Below are positions 41,591 to 50,887 of a stretch of DNA of 64,000 nucleotides, one piece after another. The translations under genes were made by a program, and so were the position numbers. The notes under the pieces are model-generated. The model was given only the letters and a program-made list of their open reading frames with translations. It was not told the DNA's origin and did not search any database. The stretch comes from Gemmatimonadales bacterium (lineage in GTDB: Bacteria > Gemmatimonadota > Gemmatimonadetes > Gemmatimonadales > GWC2-71-9): positions 2,656,001 to 2,720,000 of the forward strand of contig OZ252244.1 of the NCBI GenBank assembly GCA_965249575.1, read 5' to 3'. Within the stretch, counting starts at the first letter, position 1; each line of letters starts with the position of its first letter.

Positions 41591-42034
41591 TTGACTCACT
41601 TCACCGTCCAAATACAGCAGGCTGGACCCGTTCTCAGAGCGATACTGTCAGTGAGTACCGCGCGGGCGGTCGCACTACGGGCTGCCAAGCAGCCGGTCCC
41701 CGATGGCGTCGTCACGCGCGCCCTAGTGGATACCGGTGCGAGTTGTACGTGTATCGACCCGACCGTGCTGGCCCAGCTGAACCTCTCGGCAACGGGCAAG
41801 GTGGCCATGATGACGCCGTCCACAGGGCCCCAACCGCAGATGGCAGACCAGTACGATGTCGGGGTGTCCATCTACGGCTTCGCCGACGAACCGCCATTGC
41901 ATATCCCGACCATGCCGGTCGCAGCCAGCGACCTCCGGCAACAGGGAATCGATGGGCTCATTGGCCGCGATGTTCTGGACTGGTGCGTACTGATATACAA
42001 CGGCGAACAGCGGACCTTCACTCTGGCGTTCTAG
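41591..42034 (+). CDS. Retropepsin-like aspartic protease
   Basis: 'ALVDTGAS', 'GLIGRDVL'. Confidence 0.85.
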   Translation: MTHFTVQIQQAGPVLRAILSVSTARAVALRAAKQPVPDGVVTRALVDTGASCTCIDPTVLAQLNLSATGKVAMMTPSTGPQPQMADQYDVGVSIYGFADEPPLHIPTMPVAASDLRQQGIDGLIGRDVLDWCVLIYNGEQRTFTLAF

Positions 42035-42058
42035 TCCCCGGCCCCGTGGTGGCGGCCG

Positions 42059-42138
42059 TCACCTGCTGGCTCGAGGTCCAGCGGCGGGAGGCAACGGTCG
42101 GGGGTTGACGGATTCGTACGGACCCTGCCGATTATAGA
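42059..42138 (+). repeat. 80-bp imperfect repeat with a promoter-like end, copy A
   Basis: Colinear with 43745-43824; TTGACG-N19-GATTAT. Confidence 0.85.
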
Positions 42139-42223
42139 TAGGATACCGAGGGTGGCGAGCCTTGCTCAGGCACAAAGATTGCCGTGTGGTGTACGAGACG
42201 ACCCCCAGCAACGGAACGGACGA

Positions 42224-42460
42224 ATGAACCCTCGCTTTGCCGATTCGATTCTCGCCTTTCTCGTTGGATATGCGAGCATCTTGAACCTGTGTCCCATGCT
42301 GCGCAATCCGGCCTCACTGCACCTCGAGGTGTCCGGACAGTCGGTCAAGAACGAGGATTTCGTGGCCGTTGGTCTGGACTGGGCGCAGGTCAGCGAGGAC
42401 ACGAAACTCGCCTTCCAGCGCCTCGCCGACGAAATGGAGCTTGAGCCCGAGGCCGCGTGA
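42224..42460 (+). CDS. Small hypothetical protein
   Basis: ORF directly downstream of repeat copy A. Confidence 0.45.
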   Translation: MNPRFADSILAFLVGYASILNLCPMLRNPASLHLEVSGQSVKNEDFVAVGLDWAQVSEDTKLAFQRLADEMELEPEAA

Positions 42461-42703
42461 GCCAGAAGAAGCGAAAAGAAAAGAAACACGCGGGCCATAG
42501 CCCCGTGGGCCTGGCGGTGATGTTCACAGCGATCGCGCCGGATGTTCGTTTTCCCGTCGCCATGGATATACATGTTCATCTTGGCAATTCCTGATAGCAT
42601 CCGTGGGTATTGACAAAGCGGCAACTGGTCGCCCCTTTCGTGTCAGCACGATTGTGAACTTTTTCACGAGACAGGCAGCCCGCCAAGGTCGGGAGATCGC
42701 ACA

Positions 42704-42955
42704 ATGGCCCGTGTACAGTTGCGAGACAGATGGGTTGAGGGCGACGACGTTTCGTTCAACACGCTGTCGGAGAGTTGGAACGAATACCAACTCGAAGACG
42801 GTACGGAGATCCGAGTGAAGGTGGTAGTCAAGCGAATGGTGCGCACCGTGGAGCGCAATGCGGCGGGTGAGCCCATCTACGTAATCCAGTCACAGAACGT
42901 TCTCGATGCCCGCGTAGCAGAGGATTTGATTGAGGCACCACAAGATGACGACTGA
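42704..42955 (+). CDS. Small hypothetical protein
   Basis: GGGAG RBS; 'ESWNEYQLEDGTEIRVK'. Confidence 0.6.
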   Translation: MARVQLRDRWVEGDDVSFNTLSESWNEYQLEDGTEIRVKVVVKRMVRTVERNAAGEPIYVIQSQNVLDARVAEDLIEAPQDDD

Positions 42956-43253
42956 ACTAGAATGGGGCCGTGCAGATACCACAGCCTGGCTGCCCTCGGG
43001 TACGGGCAACGTGATCGTATCGGGCATACTCGAAGCGGATCGTCATCGCATGTGGGGGAACAGGACGATTCGGGGTACGCGAGTGCCGCTCTTTCGAATC
43101 ATTGAACTCTACGACGCCGGATACACAGTCGAGGAGATCGGCGACCAAATCTATCCCCACGTGGGAGTGCAACGAGTGGAAGCGGCGCTCCGAGAAGCTG
43201 GATATGATTTCCTCAACACGCTGGACAACCCGATCCTAGCAGCTGCCTCGTAG
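42945..43253 (+). CDS. DUF433 family antitoxin-like protein
   Basis: 'WGNRTIRGTRVP...G.TVEEI...YPH......AAL'. Confidence 0.8.
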   Translation: MTTELEWGRADTTAWLPSGTGNVIVSGILEADRHRMWGNRTIRGTRVPLFRIIELYDAGYTVEEIGDQIYPHVGVQRVEAALREAGYDFLNTLDNPILAAAS

Positions 43254-43259
43254 GGGGCA

Positions 43260-43652
43260 TTGCCACCGGTGCGGCTGCTGGCCAACGAATGTGTCGAACC
43301 GCCTGTGGCTGGGTTCCTCCGCATGGCTGGATTCAACGTCGAAACCATTCTTGACCATTGCCCCCCAGGGGCAGGCGACCAGGAAGTGCTCCAACGAGCG
43401 TTCGAGCTCAATCGAACGCTCTTGACGTACAACCGAGATGGCCGCGAGTTTGGAGCACTGAACGCCGACCACCCGGGGCTGGCCATTGTGAATTGTCGCG
43501 TGACCGACTTCCAGACCCTTGGAGACCTGATCTTCCAGTCGCTTGTTGCGGTTCCGATTGACCGAGGAGATGTCTACATCATCGAGCCGGGTCGCATACG
43601 TATTCACCGGGTAGACGGATCATCCGCTACGTTCGCTGTGTCGAATATGTAA
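43260..43652 (+). CDS. DUF5615 / PIN-like toxin
   Basis: 'RLLANECV...LRMAGFNV', 'GDQEVLQRA...RTLLT'; follows DUF433. Confidence 0.75.
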   Translation: MPPVRLLANECVEPPVAGFLRMAGFNVETILDHCPPGAGDQEVLQRAFELNRTLLTYNRDGREFGALNADHPGLAIVNCRVTDFQTLGDLIFQSLVAVPIDRGDVYIIEPGRIRIHRVDGSSATFAVSNM

Positions 43653-43744
43653 TTGCTTCTACCCCTCCTTCGCCTTCAACGCCCCGACCACGCCAGGCAC
43701 GATTTTCTCCGCACTCCGCCCGATCACGTAGCCGCCCAACCCGA

Positions 43745-43824
43745 TCACCTGCTGGCTCGAGATTCAGCGGCGGAAGGCGAAAGTCGGGGGTTGACGAATC
43801 TCGGGCCAACCTGCCGATTATAGA
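43745..43824 (+). repeat. 80-bp imperfect repeat, copy B
   Basis: Colinear with 42059-42138. Confidence 0.85.
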
Positions 43825-44127
43825 CACACAGGTGACATCGCCTCATCACTCGACACAGACCGGGCGCGCGTGACCCGACGAGCCGGATGGCGAAGAAAAG
43901 CCGAAGCGCGCCTGACCCGTACTGTCGTTCAGATCATTGACATCCTCTGCCATGGAGCGATTTTTTGCGGCATATGTCTTGGTCGTCGCGGGCTGTGATT
44001 GGCTGCGCCGCGAGTTCGCTGGCGGACCAGGAGCTGTCGCGGCGGGTATAGCAGAAACGTGGTTCGGGTTCGTCTTTCTACATCGACTGTGGTTTGAATG
44101 GATGACGCGCGGGAGGAAGCGACCCTA

Positions 44128-44667
44128 ATGACCGAGGCGAACCGTAGTTGGGGAGAGAACCTCGTGGCGTATCTGCAGTCACTTCTTCGCCTCGAGTGGC
44201 ATTTTCTCGCCCCATCACTCGTCGCCCTGGCCGGCCTGTTGCCGTTCGCCCTGTTTGGTATGGGCAGAGCCGGCACCATCGCAGGCGCGATGTGGGCTGT
44301 GATCTACGTCTTCATTATCGGCTGGAGTGTGCCGCTTTACTTGCTGTCTATTCGGGATGCCGTCCGGGTGCTGTTCGGCAAGGAGGCGCGGTTTCTCGCC
44401 CTGGTGGAGCGAGCACTGGCCGATAGGGGGCCGGACTTCGAGCTGCGAATCTTCATGTATCTCGGCACGTTCATGAATCCGCTCTGGGTGACGGGCGTGC
44501 TTTCCATGTGGTTTGTCCAGCAGCGCGGGCAGGTGACGAAGTCCGATGGCGAGGAAGGGAGTCACGTTGGACCCTCGGAAGTCGCGATCTATTATCAGGT
44601 CCAGCGGAGCGAGCCGTTCATGAGACCGCGGGACAGCGATCCCCATATGCCAGTGGTTGTTGGCTGA
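44128..44667 (+). CDS. Membrane protein
   Basis: Several hydrophobic segments; TAATG coupling to a small upstream ORF. Confidence 0.55.
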   Translation: MTEANRSWGENLVAYLQSLLRLEWHFLAPSLVALAGLLPFALFGMGRAGTIAGAMWAVIYVFIIGWSVPLYLLSIRDAVRVLFGKEARFLALVERALADRGPDFELRIFMYLGTFMNPLWVTGVLSMWFVQQRGQVTKSDGEEGSHVGPSEVAIYYQVQRSEPFMRPRDSDPHMPVVVG

Positions 44668-44687
44668 CCGAGCTTTCGGGCTTCACG

Positions 44688-45281
44688 CTACCGTAGCAGC
44701 TCCCATCCCACAATCCCGACGGCCACGAACGGCAGCGAGCGGCTGAGCCTGGTGAGGAAGCCGGGCGAGGCCCGGCTCCGTTCCGTGGCGAGCAGGGCTT
44801 CCGTCGACTCGAGCAGGGCGGTGAGCTCGCCGACGGTCGAGTCGCGCCGCGCGAGTGAGGAATCCTTCGCGGCCACGATGGCCTCGCAGGTGCGGAGCGC
44901 GAGCGTGCAGCTGGCGACCTGGTCCTCGAACGCCGTGACGGTCTGGTTCACGATCACCACGACGGAATCCGGCACGGTGGAATCGGCGAGCACGGAATCG
45001 AGCTGCCCGGTGAGGCGCTGGGTTTCTCGGGACGCTCGAGCGAACTGACGCCGTTGGGTGGCGAGAGAATCGGTCAGCCGCTGGATCCGGACGACGGCGA
45101 GACTCTCCGCGATCGCGCGCGCGCCTTGGATGGTGGCGAGCTCCGTCTTCGCGTGTGCGAGGCTGTCGGCCCGGACATCGGCCAGCGTCTCCGCCCGGAC
45201 CTGCGCATCGTGACTGCGGAGCCAGAACCAGCCCATGGCGAGGACGACGCCAAGCAGCGTCGGGCTGAGGAAACGCGTCAC
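44688..45281 (-). CDS. Spanin-like coiled-coil membrane protein
   Basis: N-terminal TM segment, long coiled coil, C-terminal hydrophobic segment; last gene of the lysis module. Confidence 0.5.
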   Translation of the reverse strand: MTRFLSPTLLGVVLAMGWFWLRSHDAQVRAETLADVRADSLAHAKTELATIQGARAIAESLAVVRIQRLTDSLATQRRQFARASRETQRLTGQLDSVLADSTVPDSVVVIVNQTVTAFEDQVASCTLALRTCEAIVAAKDSSLARRDSTVGELTALLESTEALLATERSRASPGFLTRLSRSLPFVAVGIVGWELLR

Positions 45282-45522
45282 GGCGCGTCCTTGAACAGCT
45301 CTCGCTCCCACTTCGGTCGCAGCCGTGGCGTGTTGAACAGGCTGTCGATCCACCCGGCGAGGGACTGCGCTTCGCGCGCGGCACTCGCGCTGTAGGCGAC
45401 GGCTTGGTCAATCCGGCGAGCCAACTCGAGCTGTCGCTGCACGACCATCCCTCCCCAGAAGCAGAGGATGCCAAAGGTGAGAAAGAGGGTGGCCGTGAAC
45501 GCAATCCACGGCCACACGACGA

Positions 45523-45942
45523 CTAGTCGGGTCCGGACCAGTCGCCCGCCTGGAGGTTCGTGATCGTGAGCGTGGGGGCCTCGAGCTGATCCAACGCCAG
45601 CATGAACCGCTCGAACGCCGGCCGGCTGAAGGTCACCGCCCACGTGTCATTCACCCACCCAAGCTTCAAGCCCGGCCCGATACAGCCCAGCACGTCGGCC
45701 ATCGTATTCGCGATGTGGATCTTGATCAGCGAGCGGTTCGGGACGTTCAGGACCTCGTAGGCGTCGTAGTTCCCGCGGTGATAGCGGCCCCGCTCGAGTG
45801 GATACGTGCCGACCGGGATGCAGGATTTCCGCGGTGCGTTGTCGTGCCAGGGCCGCTCGACCGTGTAGCAGTCAAACTCGGGGAGCGCGAGCTTCCCGAA
45901 CGTGCCCATCGGCGTGTAGGCGAACCGCTCGAGGACGATCAC
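45523..45942 (-). CDS. DUF5675 family protein, candidate endolysin
   Basis: 'TFGKL', 'TVERPW..N...SCIP.GTY', 'VPNRS.IKIH.AN....LGCI'. Confidence 0.75.
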   Translation of the reverse strand: MIVLERFAYTPMGTFGKLALPEFDCYTVERPWHDNAPRKSCIPVGTYPLERGRYHRGNYDAYEVLNVPNRSLIKIHIANTMADVLGCIGPGLKLGWVNDTWAVTFSRPAFERFMLALDQLEAPTLTITNLQAGDWSGPD

Positions 45943-46259
45943 TCGTCCTTCGTCTGCGCCGTGGGCCCGGTCAACGTCTTCGCCTTGCTGGCGATCGTCG
46001 GGATCTTGTCCACCAGGCCGCTCCACACCTTCCCGGCCGTCTGCTTGCCCAACATCTTCGGCGCAACGCAGACCGCGCAGAAGGCGAGTTGGATGACGGC
46101 GTAGAGGAGGTCGAGTCCTTCGGTGCAGCCGTCGGGCCCGCAGAAGCCCAACCGCCGGGCCGTTTCGCCAACGAAGAACATGAGCGCGACCGCGAGGCCG
46201 ATGATGAACCCCACGTTCTCGAGCGCGCGGGAGAGGGGATGGTCACCGTTCTGCGTCAT
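45939..46259 (-). CDS. Holin-like membrane protein
   Basis: Two TM segments and a basic tail; GGAGG RBS; upstream of the endolysin candidate. Confidence 0.55.
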   Translation of the reverse strand: MTQNGDHPLSRALENVGFIIGLAVALMFFVGETARRLGFCGPDGCTEGLDLLYAVIQLAFCAVCVAPKMLGKQTAGKVWSGLVDKIPTIASKAKTLTGPTAQTKDE

Positions 46260-46531
46260 GGACTCCTCCGCGCGGGCTGCCGGAACGGCTCGGGGATCAC
46301 ACAGTCCTGCCACTGGCCGAACCGCACGGAATCCTGCGTCGCGATCATCACACAGAGGATCTGGCCGGTGACGGTCACCACCGAATCCAGCCGCGCGCGG
46401 GTCTCGTCCCGCTCCACGGCGGCCGCCCCCTGCTCCGCCTCCACCGTGGCGACGCGGTCGGGGAGCTGCAGGTAGCCACCCACCGCCAACGCGGCGAACC
46501 CGCCGGCAGTGAAGATGGCCCCCCCCGCCAA
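46256..46531 (-). CDS. Membrane-anchored phage protein (start uncertain)
   Basis: Hydrophobic N-terminal region followed by a short coiled coil. Confidence 0.4.
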   Translation of the reverse strand: MAGGAIFTAGGFAALAVGGYLQLPDRVATVEAEQGAAAVERDETRARLDSVVTVTGQILCVMIATQDSVRFGQWQDCVIPEPFRQPARRSP

Positions 46532-46586
46532 GACGGTCTGCCAGATCTGCGGCAGCCGCGCGAGGGCCGCGATCAGCGGACCCGAC

Positions 46587-46826
46587 TCACGAGCCCCGCT
46601 GTCCGTTCGGCTCCGGCCGCTGGTAGAGCACCAGGTCGTCGAGGTTCAAGAAAATCCCCTCCGTGGGCTCGGCCATCCGGACGAGCCGATGCAGGCGGCC
46701 AAGGATCGCGTTCCGTCGCGCCTCGACGCGGCGCAATGCCTCGAGTTCCGGCCGGATCAGACTGCGCTCGACATCGGTAAGCTCGCGGAGCTTCGTGCCC
46801 GGAGGCGGCGTCGGAGTGTCTGCCAT
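46587..46826 (-). CDS. Small phage protein
   Basis: AGGAG RBS before MADTPTPPP. Confidence 0.5.
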   Translation of the reverse strand: MADTPTPPPGTKLRELTDVERSLIRPELEALRRVEARRNAILGRLHRLVRMAEPTEGIFLNLDDLVLYQRPEPNGQRGS

Positions 46827-49800
46827 AGGGTCTCCTGTTCCAAGGTCTCGAGCCGGAGCTCGAGGGCGCGCGTCCGCTGGCGGGCTAGGTAACCCTCCTG
46901 CAGGACAAGGTCCAAGGTGAACTTGCCGAGCGCGCCGAGCGCGATGAAGTGGTGGCCGTCGGCGTTGTAGGTGACGACGCCGGAGGCCTCGAGGATCGGC
47001 CGCGCGTACTCGGCGAAGCGCCAGAACCGCTCCCGGTAGGCGTGGCCCGGCGGGAGGAGCGAGGCCCGGAAGCCGCGTGCCAGTGCGAGATCGTCGTGCT
47101 CGTCCCAGACGCTCGTGTTGTAGTTGGCGCCGTCGATGTGCACCTCGCCGTCCGAGCCCACGAGCAAGCGCGTGGAGTTCCCGCCCATCGTCACGCCGAA
47201 GATGTTCGCGCCCGAGTCGAGGTTCGCCAGGGTCGTCCCGATCTTCCTCTCGCCGTGGACCATGACGGCCGCCTTCGCGCTCGCCGATTTCGTCGTCGTT
47301 TGGGAGCCGGCGAAGCCTGCGATCTCGGTCCCGACGACCATCCCCGACTCGCTGAACCCGGCGATCTGGAGCCCGCCTGAGACGCTGGAAAACTTGCGAA
47401 ACCGGGCGTAGGCATCGGTTGGGATGATGCTCGTGATCCCGTGCGCGACGTCGCTTGATATGAGACGGAGGATGTCCCCGTCCTGGCCGCCCTGGTCGAG
47501 CTTGAGGAGCGGGCTCGCCTGGCCGACGATCGTGACGGCATCGCCGAACCGGACCTTCCCGAGGTTGGTGTAGATCGCCCACGTGTTCGTGCCCACCGCA
47601 CGGTCGGGGATGTAGAGGCCGTAGCTGTTCGTGAGCGCACCGGCCGGCAAGCTCGGATCGGAGAGAAAGGCGCCGTAGTAATTCGTGACGGTCCCGCTGC
47701 CCGAGAGGTCGGCGTCGACAAAGAACGCCGTGTAGTCGAGGCCGGTGAACCCCCCCTTCGCGAGCTCGGTGTCGACCCGCGCGGCGATGTGGTTGATCTG
47801 GTCGTTCGCCGTCGCGGTGAGCTTCCCCTCGATCGAGAGCTGGCGGAACCCGTTCCCCGAATGGTTCGATCCGATCTTCAGCGAGACCCCGGTCGTGGGA
47901 CTGACCGCATCGCCGAGCGCCACACGGGTCGCCGTGAAGCGCTCGGCCGCGATGATCGCGCCGGTGACGATCGTATTCCCGTCTTCCCGCGAGAGCGCGG
48001 ATATGTCGCCCGAGAACGTCCACTCCTTGATCTCCGAGTCCCAGACGCCGACGCCGACGTCGCCGACCAGGTGGGGGTGATTCGTGTCCCGCGCCTGGAC
48101 CTGCATCGTCACGGTGTCGAGTGGATCGACCGGGAAGGTGACGTTATTCTCGGGGCTCGTGAGCCAGCTCGACCAGGCGACGAAGTCGGCGTCGTTCACC
48201 TTCGCCCGGTAGCGGACCTGGAGCGTCCCTGTCCCGCCGTTCCCGCGCGTCGCCGTGATGTCGACCTGGAAGAGGCTCGAGCCCCACGAGTCGAAGGAAA
48301 TGTCGACGGTCGGCGCGGTGTCGAGGATCGCGCCGGCCCCGACGTGTTCCGCCTTGGAGAGGATGGTCGACTCGGCGCCGGTCCCATCGGCGTTCTCGTA
48401 GGCGAGCGCCGTGATAAAAGCCGTCTGGCCGGTGTGGATCGTCGCGAGCGTTCCCGTCAGCGCCGACGCGCCGGCCGTGGCGACGCGCGCCGCCACCTGG
48501 GTCGTCGCCAGGGACGGGAAGGCGGAGTTCGAGCCGGCCACCCGGACGGAGAGCGCGTCCCGGACGGTGACGATCGCCGACACGTTCCCGGCGATGTCGT
48601 TCTCCGGGACGATCGAGACGACCTCCGGGAGGGCGAAGCCGAGCCGGGTTAGTGCCGTCGAGCCGGACAGGAGGTTCGAATAGGTGGGGATCCAGACAAG
48701 GAACCGGCGCGCCCACGGGTCGCGGATCCCGGCGACGATGCCGAACGCCCAGACGACGCCCCGGATCGCGCGCACCTGGATCGGATCTTTCGCGACGAAG
48801 AGATCGGTCTCGACCGCGATCGGGTCGCCCAGCTCGAGCTCCGGGTGGGCGTACGTCGTCTGGAACTCCCAGAGGAGCAGCCCCGGGCCGAACGAGTCCA
48901 CCTGGCGCTGGGCGACCGTCTTGGCGAGCGCCAGGGTCGGGATGTACCGCTCGACTTCCTCGTCAACCTCGTGCGGGTCGATCCGGTTGTCGCCGAGCGC
49001 GGTGATCGCCGGCCCGTGGAACCCGCGGGCCTCGAGCTTGAAGTCGCGCCGCTCCTCGTCGTAACCGTAATTGACGCGGACGTCCGGCAGCCGGGCACGG
49101 TAGCCGCTCGAGACGTTGAGCGCGTGGAGTTCCTCCTTCGGGAAGACGCGCACGACGGGCGCGTCCGAGCCGTGCACCTTGATCGCCTTGATCTGGGCCT
49201 GGGAGTCGATATTGACCGAGCCATCGATAAAGGCGACGGCGTCGAGCTCAACCTTTCCGTCAGAGTCCCGGATGATCTTTGTGAGGAGCGTCGCGTCGTC
49301 CGTGGGCCGCGGGCCGGCGTACCGGGCCGCGACGCCAAGGCGGCCGTCGAAGAGGTCGTCGTAGGTCGTCTTGAGGCCGCTGTTCTCATACTCGATCGCC
49401 GTCACGGTCGTCCCGAAGAAGACCGGGAGCCTCTTCTTCAGGAGCGAGAGCGGGCTGACGCAGTGCAGGACGTAGGCCCCGGGGATGTGACTCACGTCGT
49501 CGATCGTGAACGTGTTCATGTGGAGCCACTCCTCGCGCGCGAGCGAGGCGTGGCCGACGAGGACCCGGATCTTGAGCTTCGCCAGATCCGTCACGACGAG
49601 AACGTCGGCGAACGGATCCGTGTAGTCGCCAGGCTCGCCGCCCCGGAGGACGACGATCTGGGCCTCGGTGATCCGCTGCTTCAGACTGACGACGTCGAAC
49701 TCGGCGCCCATGTCCCGGACGTCGGCAATGTCCGAAATGTCGGTGATCGTCGTATCGCGGATTCCCAGCTCCCGGAGGATGGGCGCGACGTCGGCGGCCG

Positions 49801-50884
49801 CGTTCGGCGTGAAGACGACCTGGAGCTTCCGGGTCTTGGTCGGGGTCAGCCCGAGGTCCCCGTTCATGAGTTGGCCATCGGTGAAGTTCACCCACCCGGT
49901 ATTCGCGTCGTTCCGGACCTGGCCCTGGAGCGTCGACCCGCCGGGCCGGTCGCCGGTCAAGACTAGTTCGACGTCGCCGCCGACCGGCGCGGCGCCGAGG
50001 TCGAACTGGTTCCCGTCCACGTTGAACTCGAGCGTCCGGGTGACATAGGTCTTGGTCTTCCACTCGCAGTGGGGAACGCCGGACACATTACCTAAGTCGT
50101 CGTAGACGTTGGTCGAGCCATCGGTCGACGACAGCTTGGCGAGCTTCCGCTGGGAGAGCGTGTTCCCGTTCGTGACTTTCGACGTCCCCTCAGCATTGTC
50201 GACGAGCATCGCGACGTTCGTCGCCGGGTCGCCCTCGGCGTCAATCGCCCAGATGAAAACGTAGGTCCGAGGATTCGCCGCGCTCGCGCCGCTCGCGTCG
50301 GTGGACGGGCGGTAGGCCTTGGGCGTCGGCTTGAAGCTCGATTGGGCGAATTGGAACGAGACGTCCGCCGCCGACGGGCCGGCCGTCACCTCGATCGCCT
50401 GGGTGAGCGCGATGAGCGTGAGCCGCGGGAGGATGAGCGTCGTATCGGGGAACCCGAACCGCCCCTTCGCCACCGTCTGCTCGTTGGCGAGGGCGTAGAA
50501 CTGCGCGACCCACTTGTCGACGTTCTTCCCGCTCTCCCCGTCCGCATCGGAGTCGAGCCGAACGGTCAGCTCGTAGAGCGGGACGTCCGGGGAGTGGGTT
50601 CCATTCCATTGGAGTTGAATGACGAACCGCGGGTCGAGCTGGTCGAGGTCGGTAAGCGTGCTGTTGCTCGCCGCGTGGACAGCGAGCGTGCCGTTCGTCC
50701 CGATGTTCCTGACGCCGCCGTCGTCGAAGATCGTGAACAGGCCCCCGTGTGTGGTCGCCTCCTCCCACTGCTCCTTCCGCCGCCGGATATGGGCCGCCTC
50801 CTCCTTGTCGACCTCGACGAACATCCGCGCGTCGGGGTCGACACACTGGATATGAGAGCGGAGGTCGGGCGTGATCGGGCGCAT
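46757..50884 (-). CDS. Large tail tip / host-specificity protein
   Basis: 1375 aa, beta-rich, 'LELGDPIAV' hub-type motif; lies after the tape measure and distal tail genes. Confidence 0.7.
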   Translation of the reverse strand: MRPITPDLRSHIQCVDPDARMFVEVDKEEAAHIRRRKEQWEEATTHGGLFTIFDDGGVRNIGTNGTLAVHAASNSTLTDLDQLDPRFVIQLQWNGTHSPDVPLYELTVRLDSDADGESGKNVDKWVAQFYALANEQTVAKGRFGFPDTTLILPRLTLIALTQAIEVTAGPSAADVSFQFAQSSFKPTPKAYRPSTDASGASAANPRTYVFIWAIDAEGDPATNVAMLVDNAEGTSKVTNGNTLSQRKLAKLSSTDGSTNVYDDLGNVSGVPHCEWKTKTYVTRTLEFNVDGNQFDLGAAPVGGDVELVLTGDRPGGSTLQGQVRNDANTGWVNFTDGQLMNGDLGLTPTKTRKLQVVFTPNAAADVAPILRELGIRDTTITDISDIADVRDMGAEFDVVSLKQRITEAQIVVLRGGEPGDYTDPFADVLVVTDLAKLKIRVLVGHASLAREEWLHMNTFTIDDVSHIPGAYVLHCVSPLSLLKKRLPVFFGTTVTAIEYENSGLKTTYDDLFDGRLGVAARYAGPRPTDDATLLTKIIRDSDGKVELDAVAFIDGSVNIDSQAQIKAIKVHGSDAPVVRVFPKEELHALNVSSGYRARLPDVRVNYGYDEERRDFKLEARGFHGPAITALGDNRIDPHEVDEEVERYIPTLALAKTVAQRQVDSFGPGLLLWEFQTTYAHPELELGDPIAVETDLFVAKDPIQVRAIRGVVWAFGIVAGIRDPWARRFLVWIPTYSNLLSGSTALTRLGFALPEVVSIVPENDIAGNVSAIVTVRDALSVRVAGSNSAFPSLATTQVAARVATAGASALTGTLATIHTGQTAFITALAYENADGTGAESTILSKAEHVGAGAILDTAPTVDISFDSWGSSLFQVDITATRGNGGTGTLQVRYRAKVNDADFVAWSSWLTSPENNVTFPVDPLDTVTMQVQARDTNHPHLVGDVGVGVWDSEIKEWTFSGDISALSREDGNTIVTGAIIAAERFTATRVALGDAVSPTTGVSLKIGSNHSGNGFRQLSIEGKLTATANDQINHIAARVDTELAKGGFTGLDYTAFFVDADLSGSGTVTNYYGAFLSDPSLPAGALTNSYGLYIPDRAVGTNTWAIYTNLGKVRFGDAVTIVGQASPLLKLDQGGQDGDILRLISSDVAHGITSIIPTDAYARFRKFSSVSGGLQIAGFSESGMVVGTEIAGFAGSQTTTKSASAKAAVMVHGERKIGTTLANLDSGANIFGVTMGGNSTRLLVGSDGEVHIDGANYNTSVWDEHDDLALARGFRASLLPPGHAYRERFWRFAEYARPILEASGVVTYNADGHHFIALGALGKFTLDLVLQEGYLARQRTRALELRLETLEQETLWQTLRRRLRARSSASLPMSSAV

Positions 50885-50887
50885 GGC

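Noticed and set aside
33900..44700. Integron cassette array, shufflon or CRISPR array
   Set aside because: The repeats are direct gene fragments, not palindromic attC sites, inverted sites or regularly spaced repeats; no IntI, invertase or cas gene was found.
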